IMG/VR virus record: IMGVR_UViG_3300031521_000012
Span: 32,001-96,000 of that record
DNA: 64,000 nt
Origin: a virus
Reading direction: 5' to 3' (one strand)
Part shown: positions 42,793 to 52,614 of the stretch, in pieces
Position numbering within the stretch: position 1 is the stretch's first letter
Layout of the letters: each line of letters begins with the position of its first letter
The notes under the pieces: generated by a model
Databases searched by the model: none
Seen by the model: only the letters and a program-made list of their open reading frames with translations
What the model was told of the DNA's origin: nothing
Made by a program: the position numbers and the translations under genes

Positions 42793-44108
42793 TTACAAAA
42801 TATCCAACTTTTTTTCAATTTCTTTTTGATTAATAATAGCATCTTGTTGTGCTGTTATTATTACCTGATCTAAGTGACTCCCAATCACTCTTTTATCAAA
42901 CCAACCAACAGTACGCTGCCTTTGATAATACAATGACAATATGCTGTTTAATAGCAATAGCTTATCATGAATTTCTTTATCAAGTATTGAATTTGACTCA
43001 ACCAAATCATATTCTACAACCTCTAAATAGCTCATGTCAACATGTGGAAGATTATGATTATAATAACTAATCACATCCTCTTCTGTTGCATCACCACGCA
43101 TTAAATCAGGTGTCTCGCATGTTCCTAAGAAAACTTTTCCACCTAATTCAAATGATTTGGCAAACTCTTTAGTTTCTTTAAATCTTAATACTTTAACCTT
43201 CATGATAATAATGATTAGAACTTACAACCTTTTCATGACAATTCATGCACTCAAATTGATACACTTGTGGCTCACCAGCTTTAACAATTGTATACTCAGT
43301 ACCATCAGCTAGCTTATGTGTATTTGAGCTAAGATTTCTATAGTGTACATCACCACCACAATGCTTACACGTATATACATAGTGTTCAAAGCATCTAGGT
43401 GTGCCAAGTAATACTTTATCGTTCTTACCAACAAACCAAATGTTTTTAATACCCTTGGTTTCGTATGTGAATTTTTCATTACAATCATTGCACTGGCAAG
43501 AAGTAATTCTATGATTCATATCTTCACCAAAGTAGCCAACTAATGTTGTTGATGTGCTACCTTTCGAATATTTTTTGATTCACAATATGGACAGAATAAA
43601 CCCTTTTCATATAGAGTCTTGTCGGGTCGTTCTGTTACTAATTCTAAGAATTCGTTCATTTTCCTACGTCTTTAATTAAACATTTAATTAATCGCCTAAT
43701 ATGATTATATTCGGGTGTATTACTTAATTTTTCGTTTAATTCATTGTTTAAATCATTACAAAGGCTATTTGCAAATCTTTCATTTAAAATCAGTCTGCTG
43801 TATTGCCACCATATACCAAAGCTTCTTTTTTGAACTAAATAAACATTGGTTAAATTAAACAGCTTACATCTTCTATCTGATATTTTTTTTACCCTGAACT
43901 TACTCATTTTTAAATTTCTTATATTCTTCATTTAATGAATTACATAACGTAGTAATAAATTCTTTATCGCACATTCTATTACGATAATTTCAATAGATGC
44001 CAAATCGTCTAATTTGAATTTGATATAACGTATTAATTCCATAGATAAAATCAACGCCTACCATTGTTATCTTATTTCTAGTTACTATTTTAACTCTATA
44101 CTTATCCA

Positions 44109-45491
44109 TTATAGCAGGGATGATGATTCGTTAATTTCGATACATTCGGCTAAACTATTGGCACTGCTCTTATCTGTTCTCAGATGCTTAAACACTGGAT
44201 GTAACACAGAATAATTTCCTTTGTTATCTTGCGATAAGCCCGAACATTTAACCTCAACGATGCCATTCAATAGCTCGGACTGATGATCAGTAAGATATTG
44301 CATATCATCTTCATTAATGCCTGTTGGAGAAGTCTTTAATAATCCTTCTTCTGATTCAACATTGATTGATGATATTAGTGAGATATTTTTACCAGTACCG
44401 TAATTGAAGCCAGTGATTCTCAGATCAAGATTAATCTCTTTTTTTACTTTGATTTGGTACGATGGTTTACTATCAACCCAAACACCATCCATTGACTTAA
44501 CAACAGTACCTTCACCACCACGCTCAGATACCTCAACGAAATGCTCCATTACTTCTGCAAGTGTTGATACTATTCGTGTTTCAACAACCGATATCATATT
44601 GAATCCCTTTAATGTATCATCCAGTTTTTTCAATCTTTCACCATATGGTCTGCTGCATTTTCTTGTAAAGTATTCATCAATAGTCAACATATCCCAAGCA
44701 GTAAACCTTATTAGTTCCAATGCTTTATAATATGGCATATGTCTGCTTTCAAATTTATCAATATCTTTTGATGCATCAGCTCCACTGTTCTTCTTTGTTG
44801 CAATACTAATCAGCGAAGCAATCATACCATTCGCATCGAACCTACTTATTTCGTTGCCCATAGTCAGCTCCCCATTTAACACGCAATCAGGTAATTGTAT
44901 TAACTCCGAAAAGAATAATGGATTTTCTAATATAGTGGGCTCACCTTGTCGTGATTCATTAGTTAATTCGCCACCTTGAACGACAGCATTTAAATAACGT
45001 CCATCCATTTTTTCTTGACTATAACATGCGCCTTTAGCCAATAGTTTTTCAACCAATTCTTTTGAAAATGGTTTGCACCCCATGTAACCAGTTTTTTCGA
45101 TTAGATCAGGAAATACTCTGTTAATCATACGTGTTCCTAAACCGATCTTACAATCTTTTTCAATAATACGCTCAATAATATATGCTGAATCAACATCACA
45201 AGAATCAAGAATATCACTTAACCATGAAACAGCATTACCACCTGTAACGTCTCTACTACTTAATGCACGTAATCGATCAATTCCCCATTCCAAATTTGAA
45301 TCATTTCCACGTATATTTTGCTTAATATATGATGGGATTTGCTTAATATAAAACTTAACACGCCTTGAGCAAGCTAAATACAACACTTGTTTTAGCAGTT
45401 CATTATCCTTATACTTTGTTAGTATTTCGATTTTAGCATTTGTTGATGATTCATTTGAGATTTCATCAAAAATTTGTTTTATCGTGCTCAT
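44109..45491 (-). CDS. lig: ATP-dependent DNA ligase
   Basis: QEKMDGR, SRQG, VLNGEL, FTAWDML, GEGTVVK, IKVK, C-terminal OB fold with HPVF..LRTDK. Confidence 0.93.
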   Translation of the reverse strand: MSTIKQIFDEISNESSTNAKIEILTKYKDNELLKQVLYLACSRRVKFYIKQIPSYIKQNIRGNDSNLEWGIDRLRALSSRDVTGGNAVSWLSDILDSCDVDSAYIIERIIEKDCKIGLGTRMINRVFPDLIEKTGYMGCKPFSKELVEKLLAKGACYSQEKMDGRYLNAVVQGGELTNESRQGEPTILENPLFFSELIQLPDCVLNGELTMGNEISRFDANGMIASLISIATKKNSGADASKDIDKFESRHMPYYKALELIRFTAWDMLTIDEYFTRKCSRPYGERLKKLDDTLKGFNMISVVETRIVSTLAEVMEHFVEVSERGGEGTVVKSMDGVWVDSKPSYQIKVKKEINLDLRITGFNYGTGKNISLISSINVESEEGLLKTSPTGINEDDMQYLTDHQSELLNGIVEVKCSGLSQDNKGNYSVLHPVFKHLRTDKSSANSLAECIEINESSSLL

Positions 45492-45506
45492 AGCTTTTCT
45501 TTTATT

Positions 45507-45539
45507 TATAATACGTTTATCAATAGTTAAATGTTACAA
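45507..45539 (-). promoter_or_regulatory. phage ECF-like promoter; TTGTAA is the Leu-stop of the upstream gene
   Basis: TTGTAAC-N17-CGTATTATA. Confidence 0.75.
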
Positions 45540-46305
45540 CTTTTCATTAATAATTTCATTAAATGCTCTATCAAACATTGAGGGCAAAATTCCTAGATTA
45601 TTAAAGTTATAAGTACCACAACCGATAAATGGATGTACTTCGATTATAAACGTTCTACCAAGTTCAATACCAACATCTAACGTATATGCTATTGGCGCTG
45701 ATTTATAAGTGTCAATCATTCGATTGACTAATTCAACATTAGGAAATTTAGTAAAATCACCAGTATAGTTATTTAAACCAACTAGCTTACCTTTATAAAT
45801 AAATGCTCGCCATTCGCTTTCGATATTCATTTTTGTTGAATATTGATAATTTCCAACAGGTATATTATCGCCTACTCTATGCATATTAGCATAAGATTTT
45901 ATTTTATCGTTTGATTTTACAAACCAACCCAAATTAGGATGAACCATTTTGTCTTCATCTTTAATATCACACTCATTTCCATCAAAGACTACCCTATCTG
46001 TAAATTCTAGTGCTCTAAGTTCTAAAGGAATATTAGTTGGCTTTAGTTCTTTACCATAAAAATGTGATAAAAATTCGTTTACAAACTCTACACTACCGAT
46101 TGGTAGTGTAGAGTTTATGATATGGTTGAAAGCCATATGCTTTAGGTAGGTATGGTTTATAGTTATATGTATAATCAATGCAATTAAAATATTTAACAGT
46201 TATCTTATCATTTCTAAGCCATTCATGATACCTGATTGCATTAAGTAACATGAATGAAAAGTCATGAACAATATTACCATCGATCTTTTGAATTAAGAAT
46301 TTCAT
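45534..46305 (-). pseudogene. ATP-grasp (DUF4343/R2K-like) protein split by a 1-nt frameshift inside a perfect palindrome
   Basis: PIGSVEFV, FVKS...K, SEWRAFI, AYTLDVG, IIEVH; N-terminal 70-aa ORF abuts the purA-like stop; frames join at about 46105. Confidence 0.7.
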
Positions 46306-47453
46306 TATACCATATATTTATTATGTTCTACAACGCCTCGATCTGAACGACTATATAATGAATTATAAACTCCTATGTTTATTCCGATTTCATCTTCAGG
46401 AATCATGCATAATTCACCATTTTGAGTAACAGGAATTTTTTCCGTGGAAATTTGATCGAGACAGGTAATTACTAATACCTTTCTCGAATCAGGATTATGA
46501 TATTTATCACACTCAACAGCATATTTCAGTAAGTCTAAATCCAATACCGACTTTCTGAATTCGCCTTGCAATCCTCCATTAACATTTGTTTCTAATGGGT
46601 TTTCAATGATGTAAGACGTATCTAAGTCAATGTTGGTCATATATCCATTACCATGTCGTGTTTGATAAGCACGTGTAATATAATATGTGGTAATATGAAG
46701 ATTATCAGACGGTATTTTAAGTGTTTCAATGATTTTTAATGCGTTTTCGCTTGTTGTATTACTTCTTGTAACATTAGGGAAAAAACCATACTTCATATCC
46801 AACAAAATGCCTTGACCACCTTCAAAAATAAGATGATCGTATTGTGATAACGAATATAAGTTATTAACAATTTTATATCTACTAACCAAATCATCACAAT
46901 CTCTTTTGAAATCATCAACAATCTTTTGAGCAGCTTCTGCTAAATTACCTGAATACCCATAATAGTTTTCAATGATAAGCCTTAACTTTTCATCACGAAT
47001 TGCAGGGTATTGCAAATCACGAACATACAGGTGGTAGTGATCTTCATTTCTTTGAATAGTAGTTCCAAATCCAACGCCAACAGTGCCATGCTGATTGGTC
47101 TTTTCGTTCATGTGATTTTTGAAAATGTCGAATGGTGTTGTAACCATTGCATTAGCATTGAAATAGATTACTGGTGTAACATATTTTTCTCTTAATGCAT
47201 TACCCTCTTTATAAATTCCCATTGGGCTAACAGTACAGTATTCTGACCAGTACGTAGGAATGCCTTTAAGAGTACCCGAACCAAAATTGGAAAATACATG
47301 TCTTGTATTATTATATACTACAGTATGCCCGGTTTGCTGACCACCGTTAAATCTAATCACCAGTGGATTTTTACCTATTCCACATAGATAATTCACGAAT
47401 GAACCTTTGCCTTCATCACCGTAACCACCTCCAATTGTGATACTTGCTCTCAT
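46305..47453 (-). CDS. purA: adenylosuccinate synthetase-like protein (divergent)
   Basis: YGDEGKG, RFNGGQQTGHT, FEGGQGILLD, PNVTRS, RAYQTRHGNG. Confidence 0.85.
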   Translation of the reverse strand: MRASITIGGGYGDEGKGSFVNYLCGIGKNPLVIRFNGGQQTGHTVVYNNTRHVFSNFGSGTLKGIPTYWSEYCTVSPMGIYKEGNALREKYVTPVIYFNANAMVTTPFDIFKNHMNEKTNQHGTVGVGFGTTIQRNEDHYHLYVRDLQYPAIRDEKLRLIIENYYGYSGNLAEAAQKIVDDFKRDCDDLVSRYKIVNNLYSLSQYDHLIFEGGQGILLDMKYGFFPNVTRSNTTSENALKIIETLKIPSDNLHITTYYITRAYQTRHGNGYMTNIDLDTSYIIENPLETNVNGGLQGEFRKSVLDLDLLKYAVECDKYHNPDSRKVLVITCLDQISTEKIPVTQNGELCMIPEDEIGINIGVYNSLYSRSDRGVVEHNKYMV

Positions 47454-47455
47454 AA

Positions 47456-48289
47456 TTAACAAATTTTTAGTTTATATTTCCAAATAAAATCACCAGTTTT
47501 TTTTCTTCTATTTCTCAAATAATTACAAAGTGTGCCATCATCAATTCCCAATTCTCTTGAGGCAGTAATTATTCCATCCCATTCTCTAATAAAATTACCA
47601 TTTAAATCGTATTGTAATATTGGAACTAGTTTCTTTTTTCTCATTTTATCAATAGCATCTACAGAGGATTTAGTTCCTAAGCGTGGACTTTTCCCGCCAT
47701 TTTCGTAATATTTTTTTATGGATGCTTTTTGCTTATCAATAGTTTCTTTGCTTGGCTTTTTTCCAAGATTTGATTTATTATGTCCACTTACAAATCTTTT
47801 TTTCTCATTAATTCTACAAGTAAATTCTGTTCCACATCCACATGCACATTTTCTTTCTTCACGTTGAATATATCTTGGGCTATTTTCACCTGTTTTGGGA
47901 CTACAGATAGGGCAAATACAATTAGGTGTATGACCCATTTCACTTAAAGGTTTGCCCAAATGAGCTAATGACATATTCATTCTAGCTTCATCAGTATGCT
48001 TAACACCTAAAGGACTTCCAGCGATTTTGCATAGATTAAACGTGGGAGATAGCGTATCAATCCAATATTGTTCTCTTACGATAAGATTTTCCTTCTTATC
48101 AACAATTTCAATGACTTCAAAAACAAATGCTTCTTCTCCATATTTATTCCATGAATTTTGCATAAATTGATTCTTATGCTTATTGTATTTAAATGAATTT
48201 CTATGACCGATTTTTCTATTTGAAAAATTAACTGCCGAACCAATGTAAAAATCATTAGTGATTGTGTTTGTTATTTTATAAATTTCCAT
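47456..48289 (-). CDS. GIY-YIG homing endonuclease with NUMOD3/NUMOD1-type repeats
   Basis: EIYKIT...FYIGSA, REQYWID, FNLCKIAGSPLGVKHTDEAR, ILQYDLNGNFIREW; likely start 48289. Confidence 0.9.
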   Translation of the reverse strand: MEIYKITNTITNDFYIGSAVNFSNRKIGHRNSFKYNKHKNQFMQNSWNKYGEEAFVFEVIEIVDKKENLIVREQYWIDTLSPTFNLCKIAGSPLGVKHTDEARMNMSLAHLGKPLSEMGHTPNCICPICSPKTGENSPRYIQREERKCACGCGTEFTCRINEKKRFVSGHNKSNLGKKPSKETIDKQKASIKKYYENGGKSPRLGTKSSVDAIDKMRKKKLVPILQYDLNGNFIREWDGIITASRELGIDDGTLCNYLRNRRKKTGDFIWKYKLKIC

Positions 48290-48304
48290 AGTATATGTTT
48301 TCAC

Positions 48305-48313
48305 ATAAATACT
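48305..48313 (-). promoter_or_regulatory. putative late promoter AGTATTTAT in a hairpin covering the HEG start
   Basis: TAGTAT-TT-ATGT-GAAA-ACAT-ATACTA(TG). Confidence 0.6.
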
Positions 48314-48415
48314 ACAGAATATAAAACCGAACACTATTGAAATTTTCAATGCTGCTCTCATAATTATTTAACTCCGTTCATTGTTTTAGCTACCGTTCCC
48401 ATATTATGTTTTAGT

Positions 48416-48448
48416 TATTATACGTATAAGTCATATTAAATGTTACAA
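48416..48448 (-). promoter_or_regulatory. phage ECF-like promoter
   Basis: TTGTAAC-N17-CGTATAATA. Confidence 0.8.
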
Positions 48449-48482
48449 AAAAAAAGAGAAACTTTCACATTTCTCTTTTTTT
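48447..48482 (-). terminator. intrinsic terminator after the vWA gene
   Basis: A-tract-GAGAAA...TTTCTC-T-tract. Confidence 0.6.
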
Positions 48483-48505
48483 ATATTATCACTAAATAAA
48501 ATCTG

Positions 48506-49423
48506 TTATAGTTTCATTACACCCTGATCGGGAGTATTAGCAACCAAAGCTGAAGCTGCAATCGTTGCCAATGCTGTTGTAACCATGCCAGCTGTCTTAG
48601 CATCGAATTTGCTTACTACGGTTGACATATCAACGCCATGTTGAACTGCAATCAAAGTTGCAATGCAAGCGCAAATTGAATGATAATCATCTAAAACGAT
48701 TAATCTTTCACCAAGCATTTTCTTCCAATAGCCCAATACATATGGGTCGTCAGTATAGCTGCCTTCGTTAACGTGAATGTGATATACGTTATAAAGCCTT
48801 TGGGCTTCTTCAAGAAGTTGAACATCAGTAACTTCTTCAGCTTCAGCATAGCCAAGGAATTTCTTTAATGAATAAACATCAAGTTTATCCCAAGATGCTT
48901 CATCACCGATTGTAATAAGGAAACCCTTTTGATTGCGTTTTTCGAAGCAGTCGATTGAGGTATGTCTACCTGCGATAATCCATGCAAGCAAATATGATTC
49001 CATTCTCTGACCACCGCCATTGCCTTCAATGAAAGTATTTTTAAGCCATTTGTCGAGTTCAACTTCGCCAGACTCAAATTGACCGATTTGAATTGGCACT
49101 TTGTCTGAAATATGATCGCCAATAGCACCAAAAAGAATTTGTGGGTGTAAAACGCCATTATCAATAATGGTATTCATTAAAGTACCTAGTTCGTTTTTGA
49201 TAATACTTTCAGGAATCCTGCCCATGCTACCTGTAACATCTAAAAATACCATTACTGCTAATGATTCAGGATGTGCATCTGAATCACGTGATTCTCTGAT
49301 TCCAATGTTAACTGGAAGAAGTTCTTCGACAGGTTCGTCAGTAAATATCTGACCAGCTGACTTACCAGCATATGAACTACTTAAGTTCCTAGCTGCATCT
49401 GATGACCAACCGCTATATCCCAT
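48506..49423 (-). CDS. vWA (MIDAS) domain protein
   Basis: VFLDVTGSMG, GGGQ..ESY, LITIGDE. Confidence 0.85.
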   Translation of the reverse strand: MGYSGWSSDAARNLSSSYAGKSAGQIFTDEPVEELLPVNIGIRESRDSDAHPESLAVMVFLDVTGSMGRIPESIIKNELGTLMNTIIDNGVLHPQILFGAIGDHISDKVPIQIGQFESGEVELDKWLKNTFIEGNGGGQRMESYLLAWIIAGRHTSIDCFEKRNQKGFLITIGDEASWDKLDVYSLKKFLGYAEAEEVTDVQLLEEAQRLYNVYHIHVNEGSYTDDPYVLGYWKKMLGERLIVLDDYHSICACIATLIAVQHGVDMSTVVSKFDAKTAGMVTTALATIAASALVANTPDQGVMKL

Positions 49424-49425
49424 AA

Positions 49426-49611
49426 TTATTCAGGAATTTCATCGTTAGTATTATCGGTTGCCTCAACAGGTTCAACTGTTGCTTCAACTTCAGGTGTTGT
49501 TACTTCAGCAACTACTGGTGTGGTTGTTGGTACGGTTACTTCTTCAGTTCCCATCATTTCTTCCATTTCCTCTAATGAGAGGTTTGATTGTGAAAAAATT
49601 GCTTGTCCCAT
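49426..49611 (-). CDS. small acidic Thr/Pro/Glu-rich protein
   Basis: 61 aa with no basic residues; first gene after the promoter at 49661. Confidence 0.65.
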   Translation of the reverse strand: MGQAIFSQSNLSLEEMEEMMGTEEVTVPTTTPVVAEVTTPEVEATVEPVEATDNTNDEIPE

Positions 49612-49660
49612 GATATTAATTGTTTTAATTGTTAATAATGATTATAATTTATGTTAAAGT

Positions 49661-49693
49661 TATTATACGTTTGAATGCATCGTTTTGTTACAA
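49661..49693 (-). promoter_or_regulatory. phage ECF-like promoter
   Basis: TTGTAAC-N17-CGTATAATA. Confidence 0.8.
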
Positions 49694-49981
49694 AAATATG
49701 TAATTATTTTTAATTATTCGTTACATAACATAATTGTTTCGTTATAAACTTCCCATTCGTTACTTGTTGCAAGACTCCAATGATTGGAATGCTCACCAAT
49801 TGGGTGCCTACCAGCTGGTGTAGTAGCGCTTCTTTTTATGATAGTTCCAGATTTTTCATCGCTAAATAAAACAACAATACCTGTTTTAAGATGTTTCATT
49901 ATTATAGGATATGATGAAAAATAATTTTTCTGTTTATTAACACTTTCAGCCTTTACCATTTTTACTGTTTTTAATTAAAAG

Positions 49982-50869
49982 TTATAAATCCAATATACAA
50001 AATTTCTTTTCAAAATTTTTCTTTAATATTTCCCGATATTGCAAATATTCACTAAGCTTATTTTCATGCTTAGTTAATAAAAACACCAGTACTTCCTGAT
50101 TGATCTTTACCTTATCCATTTTTAACTTAGTGCCAGCTGCTGATCGATCACCTAAAAGGTATATAGCAATTTTCTTGCAAAGTTCTAGGTCTATGTCAGG
50201 TGTAGCTATCTTTTTGGTAAATAATGTTGTAGGATACCACATTTTATACTTAGCACTGATGGTTTCAGCTTTTTTATTTAAAATAGTCATGTGATAGAAG
50301 CTAGTGACAATTATCCCATGTGTCTCAGGCACAACGAATACTGTAGTGGGGTTGAAACCCATATGTGAGTACCCACATTCTCTTATCCACATAGTAAACT
50401 CAAACATCCTACTAAACAGCCAGTTAACATGTTCTTGTGGTAGAGTTTGATTTGTTAACGGTACTGAGCGATCAGCCAGTACAATAATGAGTTTATCTTT
50501 AGTCAAAATCATATCTTGTGGCATGTATCGCTGAAAACTTTCAGACGCTTTGTCATGCTTTGCCATTAAGATTTTATAGTTATTGGCAGACTTTGTTAAA
50601 AGTGCTCGATTAAGATCGGTAACAACATATTCAATTTTCTTTTCATATACTTTAAAATCGCCTGTTTCATCAGTATATGTGATTCCATTTTCAATCACAT
50701 CCTTATAGTGATTAATAATAGCCATTGCATCGTTTGCTTTTGGCTGTTTGCACATATCAGGATGAATTAGTTTGGAATATGTGATGTAATCTTTCTTCCA
50801 ATCATCCCTAAATAAATCAGATGGCTTTTTTGATTTAAGTGTTTTATCGATTAATTCAATGTCTGTCAT
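49982..50869 (-). CDS. J-domain-like (HPD) plus degenerate protein-kinase-like protein
   Basis: YITYSKLIHPD; GYSHMGFNPTTVFVVPETHGIIVTSFY in the catalytic-loop/DFG positions. Confidence 0.6.
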   Translation of the reverse strand: MTDIELIDKTLKSKKPSDLFRDDWKKDYITYSKLIHPDMCKQPKANDAMAIINHYKDVIENGITYTDETGDFKVYEKKIEYVVTDLNRALLTKSANNYKILMAKHDKASESFQRYMPQDMILTKDKLIIVLADRSVPLTNQTLPQEHVNWLFSRMFEFTMWIRECGYSHMGFNPTTVFVVPETHGIIVTSFYHMTILNKKAETISAKYKMWYPTTLFTKKIATPDIDLELCKKIAIYLLGDRSAAGTKLKMDKVKINQEVLVFLLTKHENKLSEYLQYREILKKNFEKKFCILDL

Positions 50870-51089
50870 TGTTTATTTTTAATTATATTATCGTATGATT
50901 CTAATTCAGGAATAATTTGTTTAAGTATATTCTTTTTAACACTATACCCACAAGCAGAAATAAATGCATAGCTAACAGGATGACCCCTTTCAGCTAAGTT
51001 CTTACGCCATAAGGCTGATACTAAATTCATCAAATGACCATATCCCAATTTTTTGCAAAGTGCATCTACATCTTCAATTTCATTCATTA

Positions 51090-51680
51090 TCAAAATGTTT
51101 TATGTGTTAAAAATCTTTTTGCTTTATATACAATCGTTGGTATTAAACCAGTGTAATTATCACATTGAAAGAAGTTATATTGCTGATTTAAATGCATATC
51201 ACTATCATCATCAAATATAAGAAATTTGTAAAAGTCATAATAATCAACACCAAACCATTCTTTAGTGTGGTCATAAAGCCATTGATGAATTTCAGTACCT
51301 CTGGCATATCCAGTATAAGGTGTTTTATCAATGATAGTAAATGTAGCACCACAATGGTTGAAAATTACCTGTAGCTCTTCTGGTGTATAATGTGAACGCA
51401 TTGAAGCTGATAATACAACAGCACTATTGGTTTCAATACAAAGGTTATTCAATAGCTTCATTCTATCAGGACACATTTCGCCATCATAGTAATCAAGCTT
51501 ACTTATTTCATTGGATTTAACCAATTTTAATAAATGTCGTTTAACTGTTCTATAAAACGGAATATTATCGTAGCGTGTTAAATGCTTATAACGTTCAGTA
51601 TAAAATAACTCACAATTTAAAACTCCATCTAAGTCCAAGAAGATCAGAGAGTTATACTTATTTACTTCAGGTGTTATCAT
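51090..51680 (-). CDS. HAD phosphatase of the Swiss-army-knife RNA-repair type
   Basis: IFLDLDGVLN, VVLSASMR, RGTEIHQWL, LIFDDDSDM, GL. Confidence 0.8.
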   Translation of the reverse strand: MITPEVNKYNSLIFLDLDGVLNCELFYTERYKHLTRYDNIPFYRTVKRHLLKLVKSNEISKLDYYDGEMCPDRMKLLNNLCIETNSAVVLSASMRSHYTPEELQVIFNHCGATFTIIDKTPYTGYARGTEIHQWLYDHTKEWFGVDYYDFYKFLIFDDDSDMHLNQQYNFFQCDNYTGLIPTIVYKAKRFLTHKTF

Positions 51681-52097
51681 TGATTATTTGTTTTGTAATT
51701 TCATTTTCTTTTCTTCGTAATAATTCACACACTACTTCGATAAACCTTTCTTCAGTCATTGCTGGAATAACATCACCTTCCATCAGCACACAATGGTCTG
51801 TATACCATGTATCGGCATAGCAATCAGAATTGTTTTTGAAAATATCGCTTAAACTATTCATTGTTAATAAATTTTGTTTTTGTTAGCAAAATATACTTTA
51901 GTCTTAATACTCTTTTCATATTCTTCCCAAGCTTTGATATTAGCATTGATGTATGCTTTAGCTTCATCACCTTCAACAGCATCCAAGTCTTCCCACAATA
52001 GCTTAACAATATCTTTAATAGATACATGCACTTTGTCATTAACAATATGCGAATAAATTTTCGTTTTCTTAACTACACACATAATTTACTGTTTTTC

Positions 52098-52130
52098 TAT
52101 TATACGTAAAGAGTACCTCAAATGTTACAA
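52098..52130 (-). promoter_or_regulatory. phage ECF-like promoter
   Basis: TTGTAAC-N17-CGTATAATA. Confidence 0.8.
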
Positions 52131-52433
52131 AATCATTAAATATTTATTCTCAATAATGATAATATTTTAAAATAGTCATCGGTTGTTAGATTACTATTAA
52201 TTGTTGAGAATATTCTTTCAGATGTTTTATTACACCAATGAAGTTCAGTAATATAAAATTCTCCATACATTCCAATACGACAAACTAAATCTAAATTTGA
52301 TTTGTGTTTGAAATCGGTAAATAATGGCATGCCCAAAACCATTTCCCATCCCTGCGATAATAAAAAATCTTTGGTAAGTCTTCCAACTGTTTTAATAGGC
52401 GTTTTATTCCCTGTTTTCATAATTTTTTATTTT

Positions 52434-52593
52434 TTGTAACATTTCACCATACCTATACGTATATTAGGTAATGATATTAGAATGCAAAGCTAAATCATTT
52501 AATTGTAAACAGCAATGATTTTTTAAAATTCACAATCAATTATAAAATAAATTGTTAATTTTGTAACATTTTGCCATGCATATCCGTATAATA
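52434..52593. promoter_or_regulatory. divergent control region: two rightward ECF-like promoters (52434-52466, 52561-52593) flanking a leftward host-type promoter (52485-52515)
   Basis: TTGTAAC-N17-CGTATATTA and TTGTAAC-N17-CGTATAATA on plus; TTG-N20-TAGCTTTG on minus. Confidence 0.75.
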
Positions 52594-52614
52594 GGCATAA
52601 CATAAATCATTTTT

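Noticed and set aside
46305-47453. PurZ / 2-aminoadenine (Z-genome) pathway
   Set aside because: Retains Asp in GDEGKG (PurZ has Ser); no DatZ or MazZ adjacent
2170-52593. Recurrent 33-bp motif as CRISPR repeats or mobile-element ends
   Set aside because: Copies are dispersed kilobases apart, have a variable 17-nt core and sit upstream of genes in sense orientation; no cas genes or regular spacers
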